DNA from: an uncultured Pseudobdellovibrionaceae bacterium
GTDB lineage: Bacteria > Bdellovibrionota > Bdellovibrionia > Bdellovibrionales > UBA1609
Assembly (NCBI GenBank): GCA_964389375.1
Contig: CAYMDP010000005.1
Span: 765-64,764 of the forward strand
Length of the DNA stretch: 64,000 nt
Direction: 5' to 3'
Positions 45,210-53,785 of this stretch are shown here, in pieces. Within the stretch, counting starts at the first letter, position 1; the number at the start of each line of letters is the position of its first letter. Made by a program: the position numbers and the translations under genes. The notes beneath the pieces were generated by a model. The model searched no databases. It saw nothing but the letters and a program-made list of their open reading frames with translations, and was not told the DNA's origin.

Positions 45210-45923
45210 TTAATTATTGAAGAAACGATATCTGAAAATTGTGAATAAAAATGAAAGCCCATCTTTTAAGACATTCAGCTTGGATTGCCCTTTGCGTTCT
45301 TCGTACCGAATCTGAATTTCTTGAATAGGGTAGGCCTGCCTTAAATAAAGCACGGTCATAGCCAGGGTGAAATTCAGTTGACCCGGAAGCTGATCGAGGT
45401 GCTTAAGAAGACTTTGTTTTTCTAAAACTCGAAATCCAGAACAGCAATCTGTGATGCGCCGACCGCTAAAACACCAAACAAGCATCTGATAGCTGAGATT
45501 TCCGATCCTGCGGATCATTGGCATTTTACTATTTGGATTAAGTCTAATCCCGATGCTCATTTTTAAGTTGGGATCCTTTTGAAACAAATGAACCAATGGA
45601 ATCAAATCTTCGGGTTGGCAGGTCCCATCAAGGTCATAAAAACTGAGCAGATCCCCGTTGGCCCTTCGAAATCCGGTTTTAAGGGCCTCTCCGTAACCCA
45701 TGTTCCGTGGGTGGCGAAGCACTTCAATTTGTCCAAGGAAGGGCTGTAGGCGATCAACAGACTGGTCCGTTGATCCGTCATCAACCACTAGAATTTCAAA
45801 CTTCGAAAGTCCACAGGCCCTCATGATCGAGACCTTGTGGTGTAAGAGCTGACTTAAGACCTCGGGAAGAGCTTCTTCCTCGTTATAGCAGGGCAAAATA
45901 ACTGAGAGGGACTGAATCGCCAT
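45210..45923 (-). CDS. Family 2 glycosyltransferase (polyprenol-phosphate sugar transferase-like)
   Basis: LSVILPCYNEEEAL, ILVVDDGSTDQS, FYDLDGT. Confidence 0.85.
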   Translation of the reverse strand: MAIQSLSVILPCYNEEEALPEVLSQLLHHKVSIMRACGLSKFEILVVDDGSTDQSVDRLQPFLGQIEVLRHPRNMGYGEALKTGFRRANGDLLSFYDLDGTCQPEDLIPLVHLFQKDPNLKMSIGIRLNPNSKMPMIRRIGNLSYQMLVWCFSGRRITDCCSGFRVLEKQSLLKHLDQLPGQLNFTLAMTVLYLRQAYPIQEIQIRYEERKGQSKLNVLKDGLSFLFTIFRYRFFNN

Positions 45924-45995
45924 AGAGAATTTGTGTAGCAGACTTATTTAAGGATGGGGAGAAGAATTAGAGGTATCGTGAAATGAGGACAGGCT

Positions 45996-46679
45996 CTAGA
46001 AGCTCATTTGAAGGCTAAGCATCTCGCGACTTTCGTCAGGAACAGAGACGTGATTTAAAACAAGCTGGCTGGTCTCAGATAACTTTTGGGTAACTCGAAA
46101 CTCGAATTGTTGACCGGCAACGGCATAGATCATTTCTGCATTCATCAAGCCTTCGTATTGGATTCGGGCCTGGGTGGAACCGGCATCAACATTAAACTTC
46201 ACTTTGTGCTGCGTGCGCATCGGGCTTAATAACTCTGATCCTGAGGCGCCCGGTGCATTTGCAGAGACATCCGATGGGCTTGATCCACCAAAGCTCATTT
46301 CAGTCCTTAGTGGCGCCTCGATTCTTCGAACTAAGTTTGTGATATAAAGATTTTGAGCTTGAGGACTTTTCATCCAGTTATTCAAGGAGTGTCCAATAAT
46401 TCTGCCCGCAAGGTCTTCTCCGTTAGCCGTTGGAGAAAGATTTAAAGGGATATAGTCTTCACCGCGAAACTTAGGTTGAGCATTTGCGATCTCAACAAGC
46501 TGTTGAAAGTAGGCTAAGTCTAATTCTTTAGAGTCAGAAGTTTGTGTGGCTTGGATTCTTTCTGGAATCATGGCGGCCGTTGGAAGAGAGATCAAAAACG
46601 ACATAGCAATCACCAAGCTCTTAAAGCAGAAGCTTTGGATGTTTTTGATTGCGTTTAATGTTGTCTCAATTTGATTCAT
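45996..46679 (-). CDS. Secreted hypothetical protein
   Basis: ATG at 46679. It has a hydrophobic signal-anchor (SLVIAMSFLISLPTAAM). No recognisable domain. Confidence 0.5.
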   Translation of the reverse strand: MNQIETTLNAIKNIQSFCFKSLVIAMSFLISLPTAAMIPERIQATQTSDSKELDLAYFQQLVEIANAQPKFRGEDYIPLNLSPTANGEDLAGRIIGHSLNNWMKSPQAQNLYITNLVRRIEAPLRTEMSFGGSSPSDVSANAPGASGSELLSPMRTQHKVKFNVDAGSTQARIQYEGLMNAEMIYAVAGQQFEFRVTQKLSETSQLVLNHVSVPDESREMLSLQMSF

Positions 46680-46706
46680 TTCCCCAGTCCCCTTACTGAT
46701 TATAGA

Positions 46707-46722
46707 AGCAAAGTTGAGGCCA
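46707..46722 (-). promoter_or_regulatory. Candidate sigma54 (-24/-12) promoter
   Basis: On the minus strand: TGGCCT-CAACT-TTGCT, with GG-N10-GC spacing. It lies about 28 nt upstream of the ATG at 46679. A TATAAT hexamer (46699-46704) follows directly, so sigma70 use cannot be excluded. Confidence 0.4.
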
Positions 46723-47014
46723 AGCAGAGTCCAGAACTGGGCCTTTATAAGGCATCTTAATAACTTAAACTGTCTACAGAGCGCCACCTGCTGAAGACTT
46801 TGACAGAATCAATTCTTCTACATCGCTTTTCAAATCAGAATAAACAAGTGCCCACTAGACTCTGGTCCCAGTGAATTTCCATAAGTTACACTTACCTTAT
46901 TGCGAAGAAAACAAGGGCTCAAAATGAATTTGAAATGCATTTGCAGAGTTAAGTTTAGGTGCATCGGATCAGTTTGAGACTGAGTTATAGTCGTGGGCAT
47001 TTTTACTAATTGTG

Positions 47015-47048
47015 GACCCGGCAAACGAGTTGATAGAGGTGCCGGGTC
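47015..47048 (-). terminator. Hairpin downstream of the lipoprotein gene
   Basis: gacccggca-(16 nt)-tgccgggtc, a 9-bp stem with no U-tract. Confidence 0.3.
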
Positions 47049-47064
47049 AAGTCCGAAAAGTATT

Positions 47065-47625
47065 TTAGATTTGATTTACAAGTTCCTGAAGTCGTTCGTC
47101 GCTAAGTTGCACGGTGTGAGGGTTTTTTCCACAGAAACCGGCAAACTTGGCTTCTTTGACTGAGAACTTTTGACTTACGATTTCTTCACAGGCGCTCTTA
47201 CTCATGCAAACTGTGTCAGGCGTGTTGCCATTTTTAAAAAGCTCTATGTTGACCACACCGAGGTTTTTAGATTTCCCAGGTCCCTCAAGAATACATTTAT
47301 AGACCAAACCGAGTTGATCTTCTGACTGATCTTCATCTCTTGAGACGACTGGTGGTCGGTTAGAATCTTTCTTCTCTTTGTCGCACTCCTTTTCTTCTTC
47401 CGGCAATGTATCGGGATCATCTATAGAGTGGTCTGTGTTATCTGTTAGGTCAGGACCACTTCCGTCGATGAGATCGTCCACTGGATCGACAAAAGAATCC
47501 TCGCCCTCGGCCTTTTCTACAAGGGCGAAGTCACCATTTGGAGTGAAAGAGACTTCTCCGCAGTTTTGAAATAATAGAGTCGAAGTAGAAACGAATCCGA
47601 TGGCTAATAATAAACGCACATTCAT
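47065..47625 (-). CDS. Lipoprotein, hypothetical (acidic linker and a Cys-containing C-terminal domain)
   Basis: MNVRLLLAIGFVSTSTLLFQNCG lipobox. The ATG at 47625 has an AGGGGG Shine-Dalgarno. The ORF-track start at 47646 would lie at the predicted transcription start. Confidence 0.6.
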   Translation of the reverse strand: MNVRLLLAIGFVSTSTLLFQNCGEVSFTPNGDFALVEKAEGEDSFVDPVDDLIDGSGPDLTDNTDHSIDDPDTLPEEEKECDKEKKDSNRPPVVSRDEDQSEDQLGLVYKCILEGPGKSKNLGVVNIELFKNGNTPDTVCMSKSACEEIVSQKFSVKEAKFAGFCGKNPHTVQLSDERLQELVNQI

Positions 47626-47658
47626 AAGTGACCCCCTAAAAAGCATACAAAGCTATTT

Positions 47659-47674
47659 TGCAAGCTGGGGGCCA
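47659..47674 (-). promoter_or_regulatory. Candidate sigma54 (-24/-12) promoter
   Basis: On the minus strand: TGGCCC-CCAGC-TTGCA, with GG-N10-GC spacing. The predicted +1 is near 47648, giving a leader of about 23 nt with a Shine-Dalgarno before the ATG at 47625. Confidence 0.5.
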
Positions 47675-47816
47675 GCGGGGAGCACTTAAAATCGATGCTG
47701 GGCCTGAATTGGCTGTCTAACTAAAAATTTTGTATAAATGTTGGTGTCTCAAAACTCGAGACAGTGACTCAAAGTGAGACGTCTTCGGGCTGCATTCAGC
47801 TTTGAAGAAGTTGATC

Positions 47817-49037
47817 TTATTGACCCTGACTTATAGACCTCTGTCTCATTTGTAGATCAAGATCTTTCGACTCCATAAGACTGTTTAAGATCCGATTTTT
47901 TTTTGAAGTGGGAAGAGGGCCATGCTGAAGTTCGACTTGTTTTATCAGCAAGTTCGTAAACTGGCGAAGCAGTCGAAAGTAGTAAATGGCATTTTCTTCC
48001 TTTTTTTCCGATTCCAGTTTCACTTCGTCTTTGCGACTCCTACTTCCTTCCTCAATTTGATTTCGGAAACTCTCAGTGAAGGTATCGACAAATGGCTTAA
48101 AGCTTTCTGCCATGGCTTGGGTTCCAATGATCTCTTTCATTTGCCAGAGGACATTAGAAAAAAGAACAGAAATTTCATGAGCGCCTCGGCCGTCAAAATC
48201 CTGATAGGTCAGATCTGGACGAAGAGCGATATTTCTGAGATTTCCAATTTTTGGAGAGTTAAAGAACAAAGCCGAACCAAAATCTGCTAAGGCTTCATCG
48301 ATCGCCTCGTTAATTCGGTGAAGCTTTGTTCGGGGAAAAGTTCGGCCGGTAAGAATATGAAAGCGTTCGTGCATAAGAATGCTTCGATCTATATTCGTAA
48401 GATCGAGGGGTGCAAGGGGAAAGACGATATAGTTTTTGTTTGGATCTTCATCATCCCAAATGGCCGAGGGGCTGATTTTTTCTGAGGAATGGGTTTTTGT
48501 GCTGACCTCTTCGTGAAATGGAAAGATCACATCTAAAACTGTCGTCGGGCTTGAGGGGGTCCCAGTAGAGGCTCGCACTTTGTTTCCAAGAATGACGGTT
48601 GTTAAGGGGGGGACAATAAATCCGAGAGTTCGGTAAAAGTTATCAAATTCATTAATATCGGATTGTAGTATGCCTAGGGCTTCATGTTCTTCGGCAGGTC
48701 CCCATGCGTAGAATTGGAGCTGATCGCTTTGAAGATGAATCTGGTATTTTGGATTAAGACGAATGGTTGAGCGGACGACCCCGTTTTTTGAGTCAATCTC
48801 TTGATTCAGCCATACTCCTGGCCCGAGGGCTCTAGGGCGGGAGACTTCGATCCTGTTATCAAAACATTCCCGAATTCCCCCTAAGGTCAGCTGACAGGCA
48901 TTTAAGATAGATTGACAGGCGCCTGGTTGGACAAGGTCAATGTGGACAATTTTGCTTCCGCTGCTTAGAGAAGGGAAAAGGCTCAAAACAAGTACAAGGC
49001 CCAAGCCCATGATCTTAAAGTGACTAAATTTGTCCAT
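47817..49037 (-). CDS. Secreted protein with an HExxH motif (putative zinc metalloprotease)
   Basis: The ATG at 49037 has a TAGGAG Shine-Dalgarno. The signal peptide is MDKFSHFKIMGLGLVLVLSLFPSLSSG. ILMHERFHILTG is encoded at 48357-48371. Confidence 0.5.
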   Translation of the reverse strand: MDKFSHFKIMGLGLVLVLSLFPSLSSGSKIVHIDLVQPGACQSILNACQLTLGGIRECFDNRIEVSRPRALGPGVWLNQEIDSKNGVVRSTIRLNPKYQIHLQSDQLQFYAWGPAEEHEALGILQSDINEFDNFYRTLGFIVPPLTTVILGNKVRASTGTPSSPTTVLDVIFPFHEEVSTKTHSSEKISPSAIWDDEDPNKNYIVFPLAPLDLTNIDRSILMHERFHILTGRTFPRTKLHRINEAIDEALADFGSALFFNSPKIGNLRNIALRPDLTYQDFDGRGAHEISVLFSNVLWQMKEIIGTQAMAESFKPFVDTFTESFRNQIEEGSRSRKDEVKLESEKKEENAIYYFRLLRQFTNLLIKQVELQHGPLPTSKKNRILNSLMESKDLDLQMRQRSISQGQ

Positions 49038-49061
49038 CCTCGGACTCCTAAGCTGAATATT

Positions 49062-49078
49062 TGCGAGATCGCTGCCAA
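49062..49078 (-). promoter_or_regulatory. Candidate sigma54 (-24/-12) promoter
   Basis: On the minus strand: TTGGCAG-CGATC-TCGCA, with GG-N10-GC spacing. It lies about 25 nt upstream of the ATG at 49037. Confidence 0.45.
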
Positions 49079-49176
49079 CGTAGATCATTCTACCCACGTC
49101 AATGCAAGGTCTATGCGAAAGAGAAGCTTGCCGATCGGCACCCTATCTTCTTTTTTTGGCTTATGGCGCCTGTAGA

Positions 49177-50226
49177 TCACTGATTTTTACGGATTTGTTG
49201 GATCAGGCTGCGAACTTGCTTTCGCTTTTCTTCCTCAGATATATGATCCAGCAGAACCTGTTTGATAGTGGCCGTCATGCTGTCAGTTTTCTTTGAGTTC
49301 ATTCCCAGATAAATGGGGTGGTAGGGGATGTAGGGTCCACCGCTAAGTCTAAAGATGACCTTAAGGTATTCCTTAAGTTCATCTTGGTCTAATTTCCATA
49401 GGGATATTTTTTTTGCAAAGGCCTTGATGAATGGAGTCGATTCTTCGATAGGGCGCATTCGAATCCAATATAGATCTACAAGGATTTTTGTTCTAAGGTC
49501 GGAGGACTCTCGGGCCATAAATTCCAAGAATTCGTGAAGGATCTGGAGATCGCCAATGACCTTTATAAAAGATTTTTGTTTCTTTGGGCTGAGTTTCCGC
49601 ATGGACTTTACAAAGAGACTGGCTTCTATTCTCAGTCCACTAAGGCGTCCTAATCCGTAGTCAAAAATGACTTGAGTTTGACTGAGGTCGAAGCCTTGGG
49701 CCAGCAAATGTTCAGTTACTAAGTACATATGATAAGGGGTCGGCTGATAGTGCCCTGAGGCATCAATCAATTCTGTGATGTGTCCCTGATCAACATTCAT
49801 GGACCAAGCGGCGTAAACAGGTTGGTTGTTGTTAAAAGAAGAGTGGCGAAAGTCTCCAATTTGTCGACTGGACTCTTCGGCCACGGCATAAAGCTTTCCA
49901 ATCGAACCTGGGGTCGAGCTCGGAGCCCAAACTGAAATCATGGTTTCGTCGGTTTGACTGTGAAGGGGCTGATTCGAAGTCAGATAAGTGGCCAATCCGG
50001 ATTTGTCCGGGCCCCACTCGTAGCCAGAGATTTGATGTGGTCCCAGATGGATGATTTTTCCACGATCCCTAACATCCGAATAGAGGATTTCATTTTCAGC
50101 AGCCTTAAGAATGACTTCGCAAGCCCGAGCCTTCAAAGAGGTCTTTGTCTCAGCCCACAGAGGCTGAGAACAGACGGTCATCGTGAAGATAAGGGGAACA
50201 AGTTTTTTAAATCTTAGCCAAAGCAT
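49177..50226 (-). CDS. Secreted hypothetical protein
   Basis: Signal peptide MLWLRFKKLVPLIFTMTVCSQPLWA. No recognisable domain. Confidence 0.55.
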   Translation of the reverse strand: MLWLRFKKLVPLIFTMTVCSQPLWAETKTSLKARACEVILKAAENEILYSDVRDRGKIIHLGPHQISGYEWGPDKSGLATYLTSNQPLHSQTDETMISVWAPSSTPGSIGKLYAVAEESSRQIGDFRHSSFNNNQPVYAAWSMNVDQGHITELIDASGHYQPTPYHMYLVTEHLLAQGFDLSQTQVIFDYGLGRLSGLRIEASLFVKSMRKLSPKKQKSFIKVIGDLQILHEFLEFMARESSDLRTKILVDLYWIRMRPIEESTPFIKAFAKKISLWKLDQDELKEYLKVIFRLSGGPYIPYHPIYLGMNSKKTDSMTATIKQVLLDHISEEEKRKQVRSLIQQIRKNQ

Positions 50227-50350
50227 CGCGTCCTTAAACCTTTGCCCTTTTACAATCCCGACTAAAAAATAGACAAAGGAGTGCTCTCAATTGCGGGAGA
50301 AGATGGTTTCAAGGAAGGGGTCTGCTTAAACTATGCCAGACCCAGGGGCT

Positions 50351-51745
50351 TTAAAGATCGGATTCGGCGGGGCGAAGGCCTTTCTTTTTGATTTTTTCAA
50401 CCAGAGTCGTGCGGTTTAAGCCTAAAAGAAGAGCGGCTTGGTTTCGGTTCCAGCCGGTTTTTTCGAGGGCTCTTAGGATCAAAGCGTTTTCATAGTTATC
50501 AACGGCAGAGTTAAAATCTAATCCGCTGTCAGGAAGCTCGATTTGGTTTCCGGGAAGGGGAGCAGCTTGTGATTTGTAGCGAGGTGGAAGATCCGCAACT
50601 TCGACAATCCCTGAGCCCTTTAAAATTGCAAGGCGCTCGACAAGGTTTTCAAGCTCTCGAATGTTTCCGGGCCAAGAATATTCACACAGCATATTTAGGG
50701 CTTCGGGACTAACGCCTTTAAGTTCGCGCGAACGCGAGCGGTTAAAGCCTTCCATGAAATGATGAAACAAAAGCGGGATATCAGACTTGCGCTCGCGCAA
50801 AGCCGGAATATGAATCGGAATCACATTTAATCGGTAGTAAAGATCTTCTCGAAACCGACCATCTTGCACGGCCTCTTCAAGATTGACATTGCTTGCAGCT
50901 ATGATGCGAACATTCGATCTTTGAGACTTGGCACTGCCAACGGGCTCGAAGCATTTTTCTTGAAGGACTCTTAGTATTTTGACTTGAAGACTTGCGGCCA
51001 TGTCGCCAATTTCGTCTAAAAATAAAGTTCCTGACTCAGCAAGTTCAAAGCGTCCAACCCGATTGCTGATGGCGCCAGTGAATGAACCTTTCACGTGTCC
51101 GAAAAGCTCACTTTCTAAAAGCTCACCAGGAATGGCGCCACAGTTAATTGGAATAAAGGGGCGGGCCGAGCGGTCCGAGTTATAATGAATCGCTTTTGCC
51201 ACAAGTTCTTTTCCAGTTCCGCTTTCGCCAGAAACTAAAACAGTAGAATCAGAGGCCGCAACTTTTTCGATCAGCTCTAAAACTCCGTGAACGGCATCAC
51301 TTTGTCCGATGATATTGTCGAACTGATATTTTTTATGAAGAGCCGATCGCAGTTGTTGGTTTTCGTCTTCAAGTTTTCTATGAGAAAGAGCGCGTTCAAC
51401 AAGGGACAAAATTTCGTCTAAATTGAAGGGCTTCGTTGCAAAATGAAAAGCCCCTTTTCGAGTGGCTTCGATTGCCGATTCGATACTTCCAAATCCCGTT
51501 AATATAATGACTTGGGTTTGTTTGTTCCAAGCCTTCAGTTGAGTCATTAACTCAAGACCATCTCCGTCGGGAAGGCGAAGGTCGACGAGGGCTAGATCAA
51601 TTCCTTTTTCAGTTTGTGAAACCATCTCGGCTTCGGCCTTGGAGGCGGCTGTGACGACCTGGTATCCTCTTCTATCTAGTGCTCTGAACAGTGCGGTTCG
51701 TAGACTGGCTTCGTCGTCAACAATAAGAATTCTTTGAGCCTGCAT
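50351..51745 (-). CDS. Sigma54-dependent response regulator (NtrC family)
   Basis: MQAQRILIVDDE receiver domain, AAA+ module with GESGTGKE and GSFTGA (GAFTGA variant), and a Fis-type HTH (NRNQAALLLGLNRTTL). Confidence 0.9.
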   Translation of the reverse strand: MQAQRILIVDDEASLRTALFRALDRRGYQVVTAASKAEAEMVSQTEKGIDLALVDLRLPDGDGLELMTQLKAWNKQTQVIILTGFGSIESAIEATRKGAFHFATKPFNLDEILSLVERALSHRKLEDENQQLRSALHKKYQFDNIIGQSDAVHGVLELIEKVAASDSTVLVSGESGTGKELVAKAIHYNSDRSARPFIPINCGAIPGELLESELFGHVKGSFTGAISNRVGRFELAESGTLFLDEIGDMAASLQVKILRVLQEKCFEPVGSAKSQRSNVRIIAASNVNLEEAVQDGRFREDLYYRLNVIPIHIPALRERKSDIPLLFHHFMEGFNRSRSRELKGVSPEALNMLCEYSWPGNIRELENLVERLAILKGSGIVEVADLPPRYKSQAAPLPGNQIELPDSGLDFNSAVDNYENALILRALEKTGWNRNQAALLLGLNRTTLVEKIKKKGLRPAESDL

Positions 51746-51889
51746 GCCTCTCCCTTCCTTGGTGCATGAGTTTTCCATCTTGGAAAACATTGTTTTGAGC
51801 GCGAGCAAATCTCAAGATGCCGTCTATTTCATGGTAAGAGAGGAGCTTTGGCGGTGTCAAATTTTCCCGTCAAAATCTTGTCTGACAAC

Positions 51890-53785
51890 TTACAAATCTA
51901 GACGTTGGAGAGAAATTCTTGCCGTGCTGCCCTCAGACTTCTGGGAAAAAAGCTCCAACCTCCCACCATGGTCTGTAATAATTTTTAGGGCCACCGTAAG
52001 ACCTAGGCCTGGATTGGCTCCCGAGCTTTTTGTTGTGAACAAAGGATTGAAGGCTTGACGCAAAACGGACTCGGGCATTCCGCATCCGTTGTCCTTGATA
52101 TTTAAAAACAATTTTGATTTTTCGACTTCAATTTGAATTTGAATTCGACCAACAAAGCGCGGATTTTCAGACATTTTTTGAGAAATTGCTTCGATGGAAT
52201 TATGAATAATATTATTCAGCGCCTGGACTAAAAGGTTAAATTGTCCCTTAATTTCTAAGCTTTCCGCTGGTAAATCAACGTCGATCTGAATGCCCTTAGC
52301 CCGCGAAATCAGTTCGGTAATTTTAAGAGACTGAAGAATCACTTCTTTAAGGTCGAGGTCCTGAAACTCAAGGGCCGAGCTGCGTCTAGCAAAACCCAAA
52401 AGACTTTGGACAATATCCCGACACTTTAAAACTGCGGCTTCCATTTGATCCACATCGGTCCTGCGCGGGTCCGCTTTGGCGAGGTCCATTTTAATCAACT
52501 GAAGAAAAGACAGCATGCCTGCCAAGGGGTTGTTTAACTCATGGGCAATGCTACTGCCGATGGTTCCAATTTCAGCAACCTTTGAGGACTCTAGGACTTG
52601 CCGTTCGAGTTTAAGCTGCTCGGTGATGTCTTCAAATAAAATTAGACTTAAAGGCCTGCGTCCGTCCTCACTGCTCAGGGGCTCTATTTGAATTTCGAAG
52701 CTGCTCATTTTTTCTAAATTCTTTGAAGTTAACTGAATGGATTTCGGCAAAGCGCGAAGTTCTAGATCCGGAACAAAACCCAACAGAGGCGTGAAGCAGT
52801 TTTGACCGATTAAACTTTTAAAGTCTTTTCCAGCGGCCTTGGCAAAGGCTTGGTTGGCTTTAAGAACGTGAAACTCTTCGTCCACCAAACAAAGAGGTCG
52901 TGCAATGGCATCAAAGGTCGACTCCCACTGGCGCTTTAGACTTTCTGATTGTTCAAGCTTGCTCATGCGATCTACGGCTAAGGCGGCGGCATCTGCGATT
53001 TGTTCTAAAAAATTTTTCTCGGCTTTGGTGAAACGTTTGGGTTTGGTTTTCGCAAAATAAATATCTCCCGGAACTTGCTGGCCCAATCGAATCGGAACTT
53101 GATAGGTTGCCGTGTTTTCTGCAAGCTGAGACTGCACCGAGAGATTGCTTAGAGAACGAAAAACGATCTTCACCCAAGACAGATCTAAGGTCTGAGTCAG
53201 AATTCGGTTTAATAAAGATTCCATTTCGCCAACGGATCGCGCCTGATGAACAGCAAGAAGGCAGCTATGAAGAGCCGTGATCTGAGCTTTTGAGCTGCGC
53301 AGTTTGTCTTCAGAAGTTTTAAGGGACTTCAGGCGTTTATTCACCCGCGACTCAAGATCATTGTTTAAAATTTCTAAATTTTCGTTTTGTTCTTGGACGA
53401 CTTTAAGCAGTTCACGATGTTGTCTGTGATAATCGAATTTTTCGAGGGCTTTTTTTAAGACTTCCTCGAGGCCCTCATTTTTAAGGTTCTGTAAAATTCG
53501 AAAAACTTTTTTTTGATTGACCAGCTCAAGGGCTCTCTCAAGGGGGATTTCTTCTGCACACAGGACACGAACTGTATTTGGCGAGACGCGATCAAGTTGA
53601 TCGATAAAATTCTTTAAGCCTGGATCTTTGGGATCTTTTCCGAACACGACAACTGGGATTTTATTTTTTGCGAGAAGTTCTAGGGCCGCTTGGTGGTTGG
53701 GAACAAATTGCACGCCCCAGCACTCAGCCTCGGGAAGTGGTGAGGAAATAATTAAAGCCTGCTCAAAATTTTCTCGCGAGGGCAC
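51890..53785 (-). CDS. Cytoplasmic sensor histidine kinase (receiver-like N-terminus, coiled coil, PAS/GAF-like region, HisKA, HATPase)
   Basis: SIAHELNNPL H-box, and the HATPase motifs NIIHNSIEA, DNGCGM and GLGLTV. No TM helix. GTG start. Confidence 0.85.
   Translation of the reverse strand: MPSRENFEQALIISSPLPEAECWGVQFVPNHQAALELLAKNKIPVVVFGKDPKDPGLKNFIDQLDRVSPNTVRVLCAEEIPLERALELVNQKKVFRILQNLKNEGLEEVLKKALEKFDYHRQHRELLKVVQEQNENLEILNNDLESRVNKRLKSLKTSEDKLRSSKAQITALHSCLLAVHQARSVGEMESLLNRILTQTLDLSWVKIVFRSLSNLSVQSQLAENTATYQVPIRLGQQVPGDIYFAKTKPKRFTKAEKNFLEQIADAAALAVDRMSKLEQSESLKRQWESTFDAIARPLCLVDEEFHVLKANQAFAKAAGKDFKSLIGQNCFTPLLGFVPDLELRALPKSIQLTSKNLEKMSSFEIQIEPLSSEDGRRPLSLILFEDITEQLKLERQVLESSKVAEIGTIGSSIAHELNNPLAGMLSFLQLIKMDLAKADPRRTDVDQMEAAVLKCRDIVQSLLGFARRSSALEFQDLDLKEVILQSLKITELISRAKGIQIDVDLPAESLEIKGQFNLLVQALNNIIHNSIEAISQKMSENPRFVGRIQIQIEVEKSKLFLNIKDNGCGMPESVLRQAFNPLFTTKSSGANPGLGLTVALKIITDHGGRLELFSQKSEGSTARISLQRLDL

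Noticed and set aside
47675-47690. gcggggagcacttaaaa next to the 47659 promoter, and ccctttttataagtg at 39721-39735, both of which resemble an arm/core junction of the palindromic family (ggcggagcacttaaaaaa, cccttttataagtg).
   Set aside because: Only 14-16 nt are similar, no partner arm is present and the rest of the core is missing. This could be chance or a very decayed remnant and cannot be supported from this window alone.
50323-50338. A fourth sigma54-like match (minus strand TGGCAT-AGTTT-AAGCA) upstream of the gene 49177-50226.
   Set aside because: The -12 element is poor (AAGCA). The leader would be about 85 nt. The same bases form the hairpin gggtctg-(12 nt)-cagaccc, which is equally well explained as the terminator of the response-regulator gene. 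It is too weak to report as a feature.
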